Assembly (NCBI GenBank): GCA_012295275.1
Contig: CM022665.1
Location: 21,576,001-21,640,000 of the forward strand
Direction: 5' to 3'
DNA from: Chrysomallon squamiferum
Lineage: Eukaryota; Animalia; Mollusca
DNA length: 64,000 nt
Below are positions 14,091-28,218 of this stretch, one piece after another. The notes beneath the pieces were generated by a model, which saw nothing but the letters and a program-made list of their open reading frames with translations, had not been told where the DNA came from and did not search any database. Position numbers and translations under genes: made by a program. Positions within the stretch are counted from its first letter, which is position 1; the number at the start of each line of letters is the position of its first letter.

Positions 14091-17000
14091 AATAATAATA
14101 ATAATAAGTGACCACATCATATAGCATCATATGCAATTTAATAAGTACGATCGTTTTGTGTACACAATAATTAGTAGTATGCCGTATTCATGTATAAAGT
14201 AGGATATCGGATCGTACCAAACGAAATTCATATTGTTGAAAATATCAATCGTTTAAGTATTTTATGCACACATGTATACAATAATACTAATATACACACA
14301 CAGCGAGAGACACACACAGACATATACGTATACACACACACAAAAGTCACACAAACGTCTATAGAATTATATCAAATTGTAAATCAATTATTCTTATTTT
14401 ATCATCGTAATGCTAACACTAAATCCAGACAGGTCGAAAAAAATACAACATATTTTTTCTTTCTTTGTTTTTGTCAGTTGTTTCTGTTTTGACGTTGACA
14501 TGGGCGTTACTAACATAAACATCCTGTGAAATGGCTGACATACCTCATCAGAATGAAATTTAAATGTATGATTGATTCTTTCCATGAAGAATGTTGATCA
14601 CGCCAAAACCGTGCGCAGATACAGGGGCGGGACGCAGTTAGCGCGGATAGACACACACACATACACACACTCACAGGCAGACAAACACGCACACGCACAC
14701 ACACTTACAAACATCCTACTTTATCCACCGAATTTATGAAATGTAATCAGGAAGAAGTATTAAGGTAATTAATTACTTCTTGTTTACATGTCGATACAAA
14801 TAATAAGCATTTGTTGACTTAGTTAATTACTTATCTACCGCAAACACTGAAGTCATCATTCAGTCACATAAACCTAATTTACAAAAAGAAAAAATTAGAT
14901 AGAAAAGGAAATAGGGTCGGAATCTCGAAGTCGGTTTTTGGAAAATTTAGCCAGTATCAGAACGAGTAACATCATCTCTTTTCAATACAACGTAAATTCA
15001 AATATCGTTAGGTTACAAGACAGCATCTTTGTTGATAGAAAGATAATAGCAGTTTAGTTTAATCCTAGTTCTAGCAATTAGATCTTTATGACTTACTATT
15101 TCAACTAGATTATATTTATTTTTATATATATATTGTTTGTTTTTGGGTTTTTTTTTTACTAAGACAAACTGCGATTTATCTTACTTTGAAACGGTTTAAT
15201 TAGCAGAAAATTGACGACTGCAAACACGCACGTATTAGAAAAATAATCTTAGAAAAAAATGTAAAACAAACTTAATAATACTTATTGTCGTCATCATCAT
15301 CATCATCATTAGTATTAGTATTAGTATTATTTACTGATTTGTTTTTGGATTTTTTTATTAACACATTTAATACCGTCAAATACTGCTTCCCTCGGTTCTC
15401 AGATGCTGGATTCGGCCCTACCACCACCATTGTGCGGGGAGTGTAAACCGTGTTTATCGATAACACGGCATATTAATAAAATATATTGTTACATACAGTG
15501 TGCGACTAGAACGTAACAAGGTGCTAATAAATCTTTCAATAAGCTCGACTTACGGCGTAAAATTAGTCTAAAGACAGTGACGTCACAGCAGTTGTTATGG
15601 TTACACCAACACAGAAAACGCGTTCCAATTTTAAAGCATGGGAGTGATTGTAACATTGTTAAACTATCGCTGATTCAAGTTGATGATACTTTAAATCATA
15701 ATCATCAACGTTGTTGTTGTTGTTGTTGTTGTTATTATTATTATTATTATTATCATCATCATCATTATTATACAGTAATATATAATGTTTGTCTGAATTT
15801 AAATTATTTTAAGAAGAAGTATTTTAAGTATCAACACTTTCAACACACTTTTGGTTTACTTTTATCTTACTTTATGTACTTTTAAGTCTAAGGACCAAAG
15901 ATAACGAAACAAGATACACGATAATATCATATTTTCGTTACTGTTAGTATATGTTTAATATGTATCTTTCGATATAAAGGAAGGCACATATTACAGCTTT
16001 TAATAAACCTAGCCTCAGCATGTTAATATTTCAGTAGAAATACCGAGAACGATCGACCCTGGGGTCAGTCACACCGCGCGTCATATCTCCATCATTAAAC
16101 AACAGTCTACATAGCTCCATTATTAAACAACAGTCTACATATCTCCATCATTAAACAACAGTCTACATAGCTCCATTATTAAACAACAGTCTACATATCG
16201 CCATCATTAAACAACAGTCTACATAGCTCCATTATTAAACAACAGTCTACATAGCTCCATTATTAAACAACAGTCTACATAGCTCCATTATTAAACAACA
16301 GTCTACATATCGCCATCATTAAACAACAGTCTACATATCGCCATCATTAAACAACAGTCTACATATCGCCATCATTAAACAACAGTCTACATAGCTCCAT
16401 TATTAAACAACAGTCTACATATCGCCATCATTAAACAACAGTCTACATATCGCCATCATTAAACAACAGTCTACATATCGCCATCATTAAACAACAGTCT
16501 ACATATCGCCATCATTAAACAACAGTCTACATATCGCCATCATTAAACAACAGTCTACATAGCTCCATTATTAAACAACAGACTACATATCGCCATCATT
16601 AAACAACAGTCTACATATCGCCATCATTAAACAACAGTCTACATAGCTCCATTATTAAACAACAGTCTACATATCGCCATCATTAAACAACAGTCTACAT
16701 ATCGCCATCATTAAACAACAGTCTACATAGCTCCATTATTAAACAACAGACTACATATCGCCATCATTAAACAACAGTCTACATATCTCCATCATTAAAC
16801 AACAGTCTTCATATCGCCATCATTAAACAACAGTCTACATAGCTCCATCATTAAACAACAGTCTACATAGCTCCATTATTAAACAACAGTCTACATAGCT
16901 CCATTATTAAACAACAAACTACACTGCTTACTTCATTATTCGTTAAAACTAATGAATTGTTTTTTGTTTTGTTTTTTTAAACACAAGAAGAAATTGTTGC

Positions 17001-20000
17001 TTTCTGAGAAAATAATGGATCCAATCGTCCATACTACAGTGATGTGTTGTTAGTTACAGTTTGGGTGGTAAGAAAGACATACACACGTAATATGTCACGC
17101 ATTACTGTGGATTCACGTAATAATGTTCAGATGGAATGACATCACAATGACTGAATATTAATTGTCATGTCAGTGTTTCTGTCGTCGACAAATTGGTTGG
17201 TTCTTACGATATTTATTACAAGTTATTATTAGTAACTGTTTATAATACTTTTATTTATCTTAAGCTTTTATTAGTTATTATTTACTGCACGTTTTACAAT
17301 TTAAAAAATTACTATTTATTATACATTTTACTGCAAGTTTTTAGCAGTTTGTTTGTTCTCTTTCTTCTTTTTTTTTCCGACATAACAATCCAATGCTTCC
17401 AAAACAAAAAATAAGCAAAATATTTTAGCTAAAAATACATAGAAATGTATCAAAATAAAAATCGCCTTCAGCTGACAGGTTTTTGTTTGCAAAGACAACA
17501 AGAAAAAGAAAAAATATATAAATAAATCCTAGGAAAAAAATAACAACCCAAAACACAATTAATAAAAAGCGCGATGTAAATCTCTACATAAAAGTGACTG
17601 AAATAATATTAGAAACAAACGATAGATACGAAAATAAAATCTGGTTTCTAAAAACAAGATTTCAAGAGGTGGGAAAGTTTAAAAAAAAAGAAAAAAAGAT
17701 AGCCTTTAAGCTTTTAACATCAGACAAGAAAATGGTGTGAAATTTAGATTTTTAAAACACAGGCGGCGAAAACATGAAACCGCTTCTATTCTTGCAGACT
17801 GCCTGGGGATGCACTTGCTAAGATATGTTGTTTTCGAAAGAAACTTTTTTTTTTTCTCTCTCTCTTTTTTCTGCTCTCTCCTCTAAGCAAAGAATCAAAT
17901 TACCGTTACTACCTACTCGCCACAGAACCTGAATAGTTCCTGCATCATGATATATTTTATAGCCCCCGTGTAGTCAGGCAACGATAAACAAAACATCGCT
18001 AGTTTTCTGTAAATCGCAAAAAGCAGACAAATGAGACGGTATCTTTGGTAACAGCAGCGAAAAACAAAATCCCTTTAGTTTACTGCTCTGAGGCGCGAAT
18101 TCAAGGTGGGAAGCACAAAGGACACGCTCGTTCTATTTTATTTTGTATTTATTCATGTATTCATTCATTCATTTTATTTTATTTTTAAGAAAAAACAATA
18201 TTTTTTATTTTTTGTTATTTTCTTTTCTTTTTTTTTCTTTGCTCTCTTCAGAAATAGTCTTGAAACAAAAAATAAATAATACCCTTTTTTCTTCTTCGTT
18301 CTGTACAAGTAACATGATGACAACTCAGTGCTGATTTATATAATACTACATACGCAGCCTTGCTATGCTGACGTAATATGAACGACGAGACAAAACAGTC
18401 TTGGACATGTTCCACATAGATGGTAATCCCGTTTTCGTTCAGGATTTATTTAGAAACGCCCATTTCAGAAAACAAAAATGTTTTCACAGTTTCTGTGTAC
18501 ATAAATAAATAAAATACCGTAACCACTGTGCCACTGCAGTTAGTAGCCTAACTACTACAATAGCGTAACCTCGGTGCCACATGGGAGAACGACAGTTTCT
18601 CCAATGACACTGTAGCCAATAATTTAATCCCACTCCACCGCGGTCACTTCCTTTATTATTACAGCTTCTATGGTTACATATCTACAAACATGTCTAATAC
18701 TAATCTAACACGGTCATTCATCAGTGGCGTTCCCAGTTTTTAGTTCACAACTTGAAACACAAACGAAAGAATAATAAATAAAACAGTCTTGTCCCCCCCA
18801 CCCTATGTCCTGCCCTTCCCTGTGGAGAATACAAGACTTTCTTTACACAACATTAGCACTGTTCTTCTGTTTATAATTTGGTTTTATCTTAGGATGATGC
18901 GTCAGTTCTGCTTTCATAGCATGAGTCAGTGAGTTAGTCAAATATTAATGATTTAATTATGACTGAAGAAACGGCACAGCATTTTAAAACGTAGACTGGA
19001 CAGAGATCATCATGAGAACATGTTCTGGTTTTCTAGAAAAGAATGATGCAATCGAAGTAAGGCTTTTACTGAGAGTTAGCTGTGTGTTTCCTACTGCAGC
19101 AGTTAGACTAAGAAGAAAGTATGTAGACAACGTAGAGACGCACATAAACGTACATATAATTTTATATTTTATTTTCATAAGTTATAGAGTTAATCTCGTT
19201 ATAAGCAAAATCTTAAACTTATTTAACTTAACTTATTTAAATGCACTTCACTGCCGTTACGAACAGCTAATTAAAAGTCGCTGGTATGTAATGTGAGTCT
19301 GTAAGAAAGTGATAAAATATTTTAATTTAGAATAACTCTAAAAATTATAGACCATTTCAGGTATATATATTCGATATATATTCAAGTAATATGTAGTACG
19401 TAATTAATCAAACACCAGTAGCAGTAGCAACAACAACAGCAGCAACAGCAGCGACGACAGCAGCAACAGCAACCACAGCTTCAATATCAACTTCAGTAGC
19501 AATAGTAGTAGTAGCAGTACTAGTAGTAGTGGCAGTAGTAGTAGTAGTAGTAGTAAAAATATCATTTAACGCACCGCGGAACGGTTAACCTAATTTCATC
19601 TCTAACATCTTCATAATTCAAAAACACCTTAGCAAAAATATGTCGTGGAACAAAAAGAAAAAATGAATCGTGCCCAGCGTGCTTCCTCTAAAAAGTCGCA
19701 CCTTGTCAGCATCGTCGTTCCCGTAGACACCGAGTGACCCAACCAGGACGTCAGGCACCCCGCACTGACAAACACCTAGCGTGGTATGCTAAAAACAACT
19801 GGCGTTCTTTCCTGCAACCTTGGATCCAGAGATTTAGCACGCCAATGTCAGATAGTATGTTCAGGGTCTTAAAGTGAGCAAGCAGACGAGAATGCCATTT
19901 CACGGTTGACCATTCGGGACATATTTCAGATCAACGATGTTCGTATTAAATATTATTAAATGGTTCCATACTGATACGTACGAATACGGGTACACAGGAA

Positions 20001-23000
20001 ATTACCTGATATTTTATATTTCTTTTTAAGATGCACAAAAAATAAAATAATATAAAGAAAGAACAGCAATATTAAATTAGAGTGACAGACAACCATTTAA
20101 ATAAGCTGTTTAAAGGATTATTACAGCTAGTGTTGCTGTAGGCGTGTACTCAGACATTTTAACACCATTACAGAAATAATTAACATGTATGTTAAACAGA
20201 GGTTGAACACGATTACTGTTTAATTATCCTGGTATTTTTGTTAAAGACTAAATTAAGACCAGAATGGCCAACCGTACTATTCTCGTCTGCATGTCAAATA
20301 CACATAAGACGACATTCTGCTGTGTCAAATCAATGTGGCGGCGCCTTTTGACGAAAATTATTTATCGATAGTGGTTCACCAGTTTCTTCTTCTTCTTCTT
20401 CTTCTTCTTCTTCTTCTTCTCCTCCTCTACCTTTTTATTTATTTATTTATTTATTATTTTTGATTATTTGTTTCTGTATGGTTGACCCTTAAACAGAATT
20501 TAAGTACAGAATTACGAACACGGTGCAGCAAACTCATTCTGTTGTTATTTGTACGCTGTAATGATAAAGAACGAAGCAGGAATACGGCCCGATAATTAAT
20601 TTTTAATCATTTAATGTATTTGAACTGTACATCTTTTGTCCATAATACTTTAAAATATCATCCTTATTTTATAATAATAATAATAAATACAACAATAATA
20701 ATAATTTACTATACAACATCACATATCTACATTTGGAAAAGACACAATAGCCGTGTCCCTTGTTAATCGGTAGTTGTGTTTATACAACTAGTGTTTAGAG
20801 GGAAATATTTCCGTCAATTATATTTATCTTTAAAATACCAAGGCAAATTTCCTGGAACGAAAATGAGTTTCATTCCAGACGCTCATAAAACATTTTGATA
20901 TAGAGGGGTCGTGTCAGAGATTTTCTTCCGAGGAGAGGTGAATGCCGTAATTTTTACTTCTGACTGGCAGCAAAGAACCTCTGTGTAAACTTTCTCAGAA
21001 AGAACAACAGTGGTTTTTAATTGATGAAAAATAACAAAGTAGTTGCTGGAACTGGATTAAAAAAAAAGACTTAACAGTAGCATCAAGAAAGAATTATTAA
21101 TTTTATCAGTTCTGTTAAACTGTTAAAAAGTTAGTTAAAAGTTACTCACAACTGTTGTTCATTAATAATGACGTATAAAATCGAAATATAATGAGATGTG
21201 TTTAAACAAATGTTCATTCTCTTATTTGTAACAAATGTTATAAATCTGTTAGACACATGTATTTATGTGTTTATTAGACGCGTTACAAATCTGAGTATGA
21301 GACACATTACAAATCTGTGTTTATGAGACACGTTACAAATCTGTGTTTATGAGAAACGTTACAAATCTGTGTTTATGAGAAACGTTACAAATCTGTGTTT
21401 ATTGGAAACATTACAAATCTGTGTTTATTGGAAACATTACAAATCTGTGTTTATTGGAAACATTACAAATCTGTGTTTATTGGAAACATTACAAATCTGT
21501 GTGCATTAGACGCGTTACGAAACTTTGTCTATGAGATGCTTTCAAGGCTGGATACTGTTCGTGTCTCTACACACCTGAATAACCTTCGTGTCTCTACACA
21601 CCTGAAAGCGTCCCTCGCAGCAGTCTTCCAGTTCTAGGTGTGACGGGAAAAGACACTTGTCGCGTTCTCGTACAAGGGTAAATATTTCCGGCGACTTGGA
21701 ATGCTTCAGCTGTTTAACGTTAAGATCGGACTGCGACCTAGACATGTTTTGTCGTGTTTGACTTGTTGTTGTTCTCGTCCAGTATTTGTCTTCGTCAGAT
21801 CCTTGTCGATACATCCTCTTGGCGTCATCTCCAGCGTTTGTAGCCTCGTTTTGAGATACCAGACAGGCGTGTCAGAGGTTACTGTCCAATATTTCCTGCT
21901 TATTCAACGTTACAGCCCTCTATTTTTTTGGACACATCAGTCTAGATATTGTGATTATATTTCCTAGATCAACTAACTTGTACATATGAATCTGACAGTT
22001 GGGATTCTAAGCCATAGACTAATGAACTTGGATCACTGTTTTGTATGAAAGGTCAACAAGTTTTAATACAAAAATATGAAATATAACCAGACCGTGCAAG
22101 CAACAGTAAAAGAAAACAAAAAATTCAAGTAAATGTAAATTAAGTAAGGAAGAACAAAAACAGTGAAAGAAAAAGGAAGGATGAGAACTGAATATTGAAA
22201 AATGGAGAGAAAGAAGAAAAAGAAAAAACTGGAGGCGGAGAGGTGGAAAAAGCTTTTTTAACCAGTATTTTCAGAAATCTTAGATCTGCATCTGAATTAC
22301 GTTCCTTTGGGAACTAAAATATACACTGTATTTATCATAATAGTGAAAAACAAATTTACAGTAACGAACTTTTCAAAACAATGGAAACTATAACAAAACT
22401 GAGCCTACAGGAGCGTAGTACAATCTTGTTTCTAATATTAACATCTTGTTTGTATTACTGCATTGAAACACGTGAATATAATAAACAGAGATAATAATCA
22501 CAGTGACATTTACTATAATCATAAACTGTTTCAGTTTAAAACTGAACGAGTTACAAACCCAAGGGCAGAGCCATTATATCAATTATTAATAATTATGAAA
22601 TATGCACGACAAACACGTTCTCCAAGTTCATCTCTCTCCGTTATTTCTGCATGGCTTATTTTGGTTAAAATGTGGCAAGACGTAACCAGTAAAGTATCTA
22701 CTACTCCAGGAAAAGGATTGTGTTCAGTAAATTCTTTCAATATCTGTGGTAAAGACAACTATAAAACCCCATATACTGTATAATCTAAAACGTAAAGGCT
22801 ACGTTTACAGTTATTAAACATTTTAGATCCCAGCCAAGATATTTTGTTGTTTCTGTCTGGACTAAGAAACAAAACTGGTCTAACAGTCCAGCAGAACATT
22901 AAAAGAAATCGTTACAGAAATTACAAACGGTAGTTTTAAACACAAGATAGAAACAGGTCCTGGGAGGTCTAGTGCATGTGCTGTGTACGGGATGGAATAG

Positions 23001-25728
23001 CAAGATTTATTCCACCCTCGGGACACAACGGATATTTTATTATATTCGCGTGTTGCGTTTAATTCCCCAAATGTCATTTTTTCAACTGCAGACGGTAATG
23101 GTGGTTTTGATAAATCAGATCAACGATTCTTCGTTCATTTTTTTATTACTGTTTGTTTAGAAATCGATATCACAAAGCTGATCTGGCAACATGTCGTCAT
23201 TGATATCTGGGAAGTTTAGCAAAACGGAACCGTCTAAATTAGCTGTACTTTTTTCTATTGCTCCTTGCCATCATATCTTATTAGCGGGTTTGTTTTCTTC
23301 TTTTTTTCTCTCTCTTCTTTTTATTATAATATTTTTAAAAATATGCAATTTAAGAATTAACAAGAAACAATAAAATTCAAGAATGAAAAAAAATTAGTGA
23401 TGCGTTGCAATCATTTTTAATATAATATATATAATTAATTGTTGTAGCAGCGGTTTGTGCAAACAAAAGCAAGTCCAAAAATTTACACAGACTTAGACCA
23501 CAATCATGGAGTTGATATAAGCTTTCAAGATGAAATGTGTATTTCCTTTTCATGCGTACATAAAAGTTTGTACATATCTCACTGCCTGTCTTTATTGTAA
23601 AAGTGTGTTCAAAAATACGTGTCTGCGTGTGCGTATCTGGTTGTCTGTGTCTGTGAGTGTGTGTATCTAACTCTAAATTTATAAACAAGCACAAATATAC
23701 AACCAACATGTTCGAAGATACGATCCCATTATCTAAGTCGTCTCAAAACATTTTATACTGAGTGACTTCTACAGTATTTTAATTACGCCTCTAATACAAA
23801 CTAATAACAGTGCAGCTTTAAATCCGCTTGATCTTAAAGGTGAATTATGCAGCAACCCGCGGCCAACTTAAGACAATAACGCTGATATTTGGTTTCAGCG
23901 AGAGAGATAAACATACAAGTGAATCAACCCTGAGCTCTTCAAACGGAGAGAAGTTATCGGCGCGTTCCGCTCACTGCAGCAAGGCTGATGTCAGCTACAG
24001 CAGCAGATACGGCGGCGGAGGCAAGGTCGGCAAGCAGGTGCGTTTGTCGTTATCGAAAAAGCTATCATTAGCTAACGTTTCTTTTTTTTTTTTTTTTTTA
24101 TACAGATTACTTGCCACACGAGACGATGCCCGTAACTGCGCTGAAGTCGAAACAAATCTTCGCCAATTAACGGAAACGAATCCCGTGCATTCTAAATTCG
24201 GAATTTTTCGTTCGTTTTCGCAAAGGTCCGTTCTAGTTACAATTACGAGATATATATTTTTTTTATTTTAAAAACTCTAACAAAGGGTATTTATTTATTT
24301 ATTTATTTACTTTTTAATCGTAGGATCATGGCTTGTTTTCTAAATCTATCTCACTAAGAATCATATTACGTTTTGTCACTAAGATCTAAGAATCCTATTA
24401 CGTTTTGTAACCGTAAGATCTATGAATCCTGTAATATTTTGTAACTGCAATAATTTTAAAATCCCTTTCATTATACATAAGACCATTTATTTATGACACA
24501 ACTTAGTATTTAACTGGCCAACAGTGAGATCTGAAAACTTTATCGTTTTAAAGGCACATCGCGCCTTATTATTACTCCTACTACTACTACGACGACGACG
24601 TTAAAAGCCAACCTCGACAATATTCCTACTAAGTTTGGTAAGCCCATATCACTAATGATCCATTATATCTTAACAATTCATTTCTGTGACTTGCATATAT
24701 CTGTTAAGATCATCTCACGAAGTACTCTATCACGTTTTATGAGACCATCCCAGAAAGAATATATCTCGTTTTACAGGTTTTAAAATATTGCATATAGATC
24801 AAAAGAAATTACAACAATAATCCTACTGAAATCTTTTTTTAAAGATTTTGCTAATAAAGCTACCAACAGTTTGTAAAGATGTGTAACAAAGTAATTTGTA
24901 CTAAAAGGTTTAATAAACAGAATCTTACCGATTGCAGAAAAATCTGTTTAAAAGAGGAACGTTTATTTCAAAACCACTGTTTGTTTACAGTTATACCTAT
25001 TAGTTTGTAGAACGTAGTATTATGTGACCGAGTATCAAAACCATTGGTATGTGCTGTGGTGTGCATGAGTAAAAATAGACACTGCCCACTAAAAAACAAT
25101 GGTATGTATTATCAGGTGCTTGAGAAAAGATATACATTCGTCTCTAAAGACTGCCTATCAGTAGTATAAAATGCTTTGGTGACGTCATTTAGAAAACAAA
25201 GAAAGAAAGAAAGAAAAAGAAATTAGAAAATAATAAATAGAAAAGCAGGAATTTTTCATCTTTCAGCCCGCGTGAAACAGCTGAACTGGAACATTATACT
25301 CATAAATGAAGCTAATTTTACAAACAAAACATTAATTACGAAGTAGAAATTCATGTTTTGTCGGCTTTTTATTGTAGCAAATAAAAGAGAGTATCTGACA
25401 CTTTTGATTAATGCTGAACCCTAAGGCTATAGATGAGACGTCACAGTACACGTTTTTCCTCGCTCTTACGTGAATGAAATATCCTTTAATCCTGAATATT
25501 ATTATTATTATTATTATTAGTGCTGCTGCTGCTACTACTGCTATTACTACTACAACTGCTGTTATTTCAATTATTACTAGAAGTATTAGTTATTACTATT
25601 ACTACCACTACCACTACTACTACCACTACCACTACCACTACCACTACCACTACCACTACCACTACCACTACCACTACCACTACCACTACCACTACCACTA
25701 CCACTACCACTACCACTATTACTATTAC

Positions 25729-25777
<49 letters not shown>

Positions 25778-28094
25778 GACAGCAGCCGTTAAACAGTCTG
25801 AACTGAAGCCGCTAATAGGTGGTGGCTGTTTTTTTTTTTTTTAAAATACCTGCATGGTTCATTTACCTGGCTAATTGAGTGTCGAAGAGACACTGATCAT
25901 CGAAGTAACTTGAGAAAGGTGTGTTTGCTCCGAGCTGTGCAATTATACCGTTATCTCTAACCCTATCGTTAACAGCGTATTGTTTATCCTGGCAAACAGC
26001 CTCTTTAATAACAAACACGGAACTAATGCGATCAAACTTCAGCGTGCAAATTAAGAAACACGGTTATTTCTCTAACAGTAATTCTCGTATCGAATTACGG
26101 ATGCGGTATGCTCATGTGGAATGCGGATATTTTCATCTTTCTTCTTTCTTTATTTCAATTATTTTATGTATGTATGTATGTATGATTCACTCAGTCACTC
26201 ACTCAAACACACACACATACACACAGAGAGAGACAATTATATTAATCTAATATTTTAATGAAAACTATCCTATGTTGTTTTGTTTACATCTTTATACTTT
26301 CTTGTTTATTGCTCAAGCTTCAAGCCTAGTCTCGTAGATATGTAATCAATTATCGCGTCTATTTATCCGGGTCAAACTTTTTTTTTAAACGTAATTGAAA
26401 ACCTGTCATGCATACACAAACACGCAGTAGGAAGGGCAAATATATAGAAAGACATACGCAGAGACAGAGAGAGAATCAGAACACACTGATGAAATTTATA
26501 ATACATCAGCATCTGATTATCAAAGATCCAAAACAAAGTAACAGATGAGTATTGTAATAAATTAAACAATCTAATAATTATTTTTTTCCAATGAATACAT
26601 ATTGTCAACCAGCTCAAGAAGGTTTTATTAGTCTTATTTTTATTTTCTAAGATCTGTTATTTAGTAACCTTGAGTACAAATACAAGTTGTGTTGCTCTTC
26701 ATATAGACTCCTGTTCAACTTGCCATTATCTACTGTAATTTAATTACACGTAATTGCTTTCGAGCATTAATTGAGACACTAATAAAACAGTGGTGTACTA
26801 TTAAAATTAATGAACAGCGGATGAATTTCAATCTGTTTAATAGCATTTTAAAATTTAATATGTTTAGTATACATTAACAGGGTACGAAACCCTCGGAGCG
26901 TTTTTTATATATTCAGAAATAAGGGTTATTTTATGTGCCATTTGTTAGAAACATATCCGTCGGCTTTTACTGATAAACAAATCGGAGGGAAATAGCACGC
27001 GGGAAAAGACGGATGAGAGAAAATTGATCATATGTGGTCGAGCATTCAAACCACTGAGCCAACACTAAGATAAGTAACAAAAATTTAAACGTAGCAATGT
27101 TTCAACTTATCCTTAAAAAAATCTCAACACGAGTTTATTTATATGCCGTCCAAATGAAACACTATCTCACTGGATTTATCAGCATCTCCCGTTAACGGTT
27201 CAAATGTTAACGGTTTCTTGGTTGTTGTTTTTTTTTCCTTTTTCTTTTTTTCTCTTCTGTTGAGAATTATTTAAACTGCTTGTCAAAAGACCGACTCTTT
27301 GCGCCGATCCAGATGGATTCAGTTACGAGCCAGGTTACATGTAGCGATTCCTCCGTCAACTCAGTTCGAGTTAAAATGCCAAGAGACACAGCGAGACCAG
27401 ACATGATGATTATTTCAACAAATCTGGCAGCTAAACGTTTCTTTTCCTGGACTTTATCTCAATAACCAGTGCTTTTCTCAATCCAAAAAATTAAAAAGTG
27501 AAATAAAATTTTCCAGGAAATCTGGCCTAAATTGAAAATGCCACAGTAGTTTTTCCTCGAAGAACACATAATCATAGCATTTAATCCGTGTTTGTAGATA
27601 GGAATGCAGAATCATTCCTCAGTAGTTCTTTAGACAAATAGCATCTACTGAGCAAAAGTTTAAAATAATAATAATTAAAAAAAAAAAGAAGAAGAGATAA
27701 AATACAATTTTCCAGGAATTCTGGCCTATAAAAGTAAAATATTATAATAAAAAAAAAAAAAAAACTACAAACAAACAAACAAAACACCATAGTAACTTTC
27801 CATCGAAGATGTATTTTGGTTGAAATACGACTTCACGGAAATTCGGTTGTGGCAGTTTAAGTTGAAACTGAAATCTAGCTGGATTCCTCAGAAATCGAGC
27901 CTAACGTACAAACCGGCCCATTAGCTGCAGGTAATTACAATGTACGTAGCAAGGTGCAGTCAGTAGGTTTCTGCTGAAAAGTTTTATGCACACCACTTGG
28001 TGTAAATCATCAGACGTCGTCCCACTGTAGATAAAAGAGTATCTGGTAACCGTGCAGACTGCTGTTGGTTACTAGGAAGCTGAACTTGTGAGAG

Positions 28095-28128
<34 letters not shown>

Positions 28129-28162
28129 ACTGAGAGTGAGAGACAGAGAGATACAGAGATAT

Positions 28163-28218
<56 letters not shown>

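Noticed and set aside
16082-16922. CRISPR-like array of 28-bp repeats
   Set aside because: Units are head to tail with no unique spacers, there are no cas genes, and the context is a eukaryotic intron
27280-27465. Short ORFs on both strands in a GC-richer patch
   Set aside because: No clear splice sites and no recognisable protein
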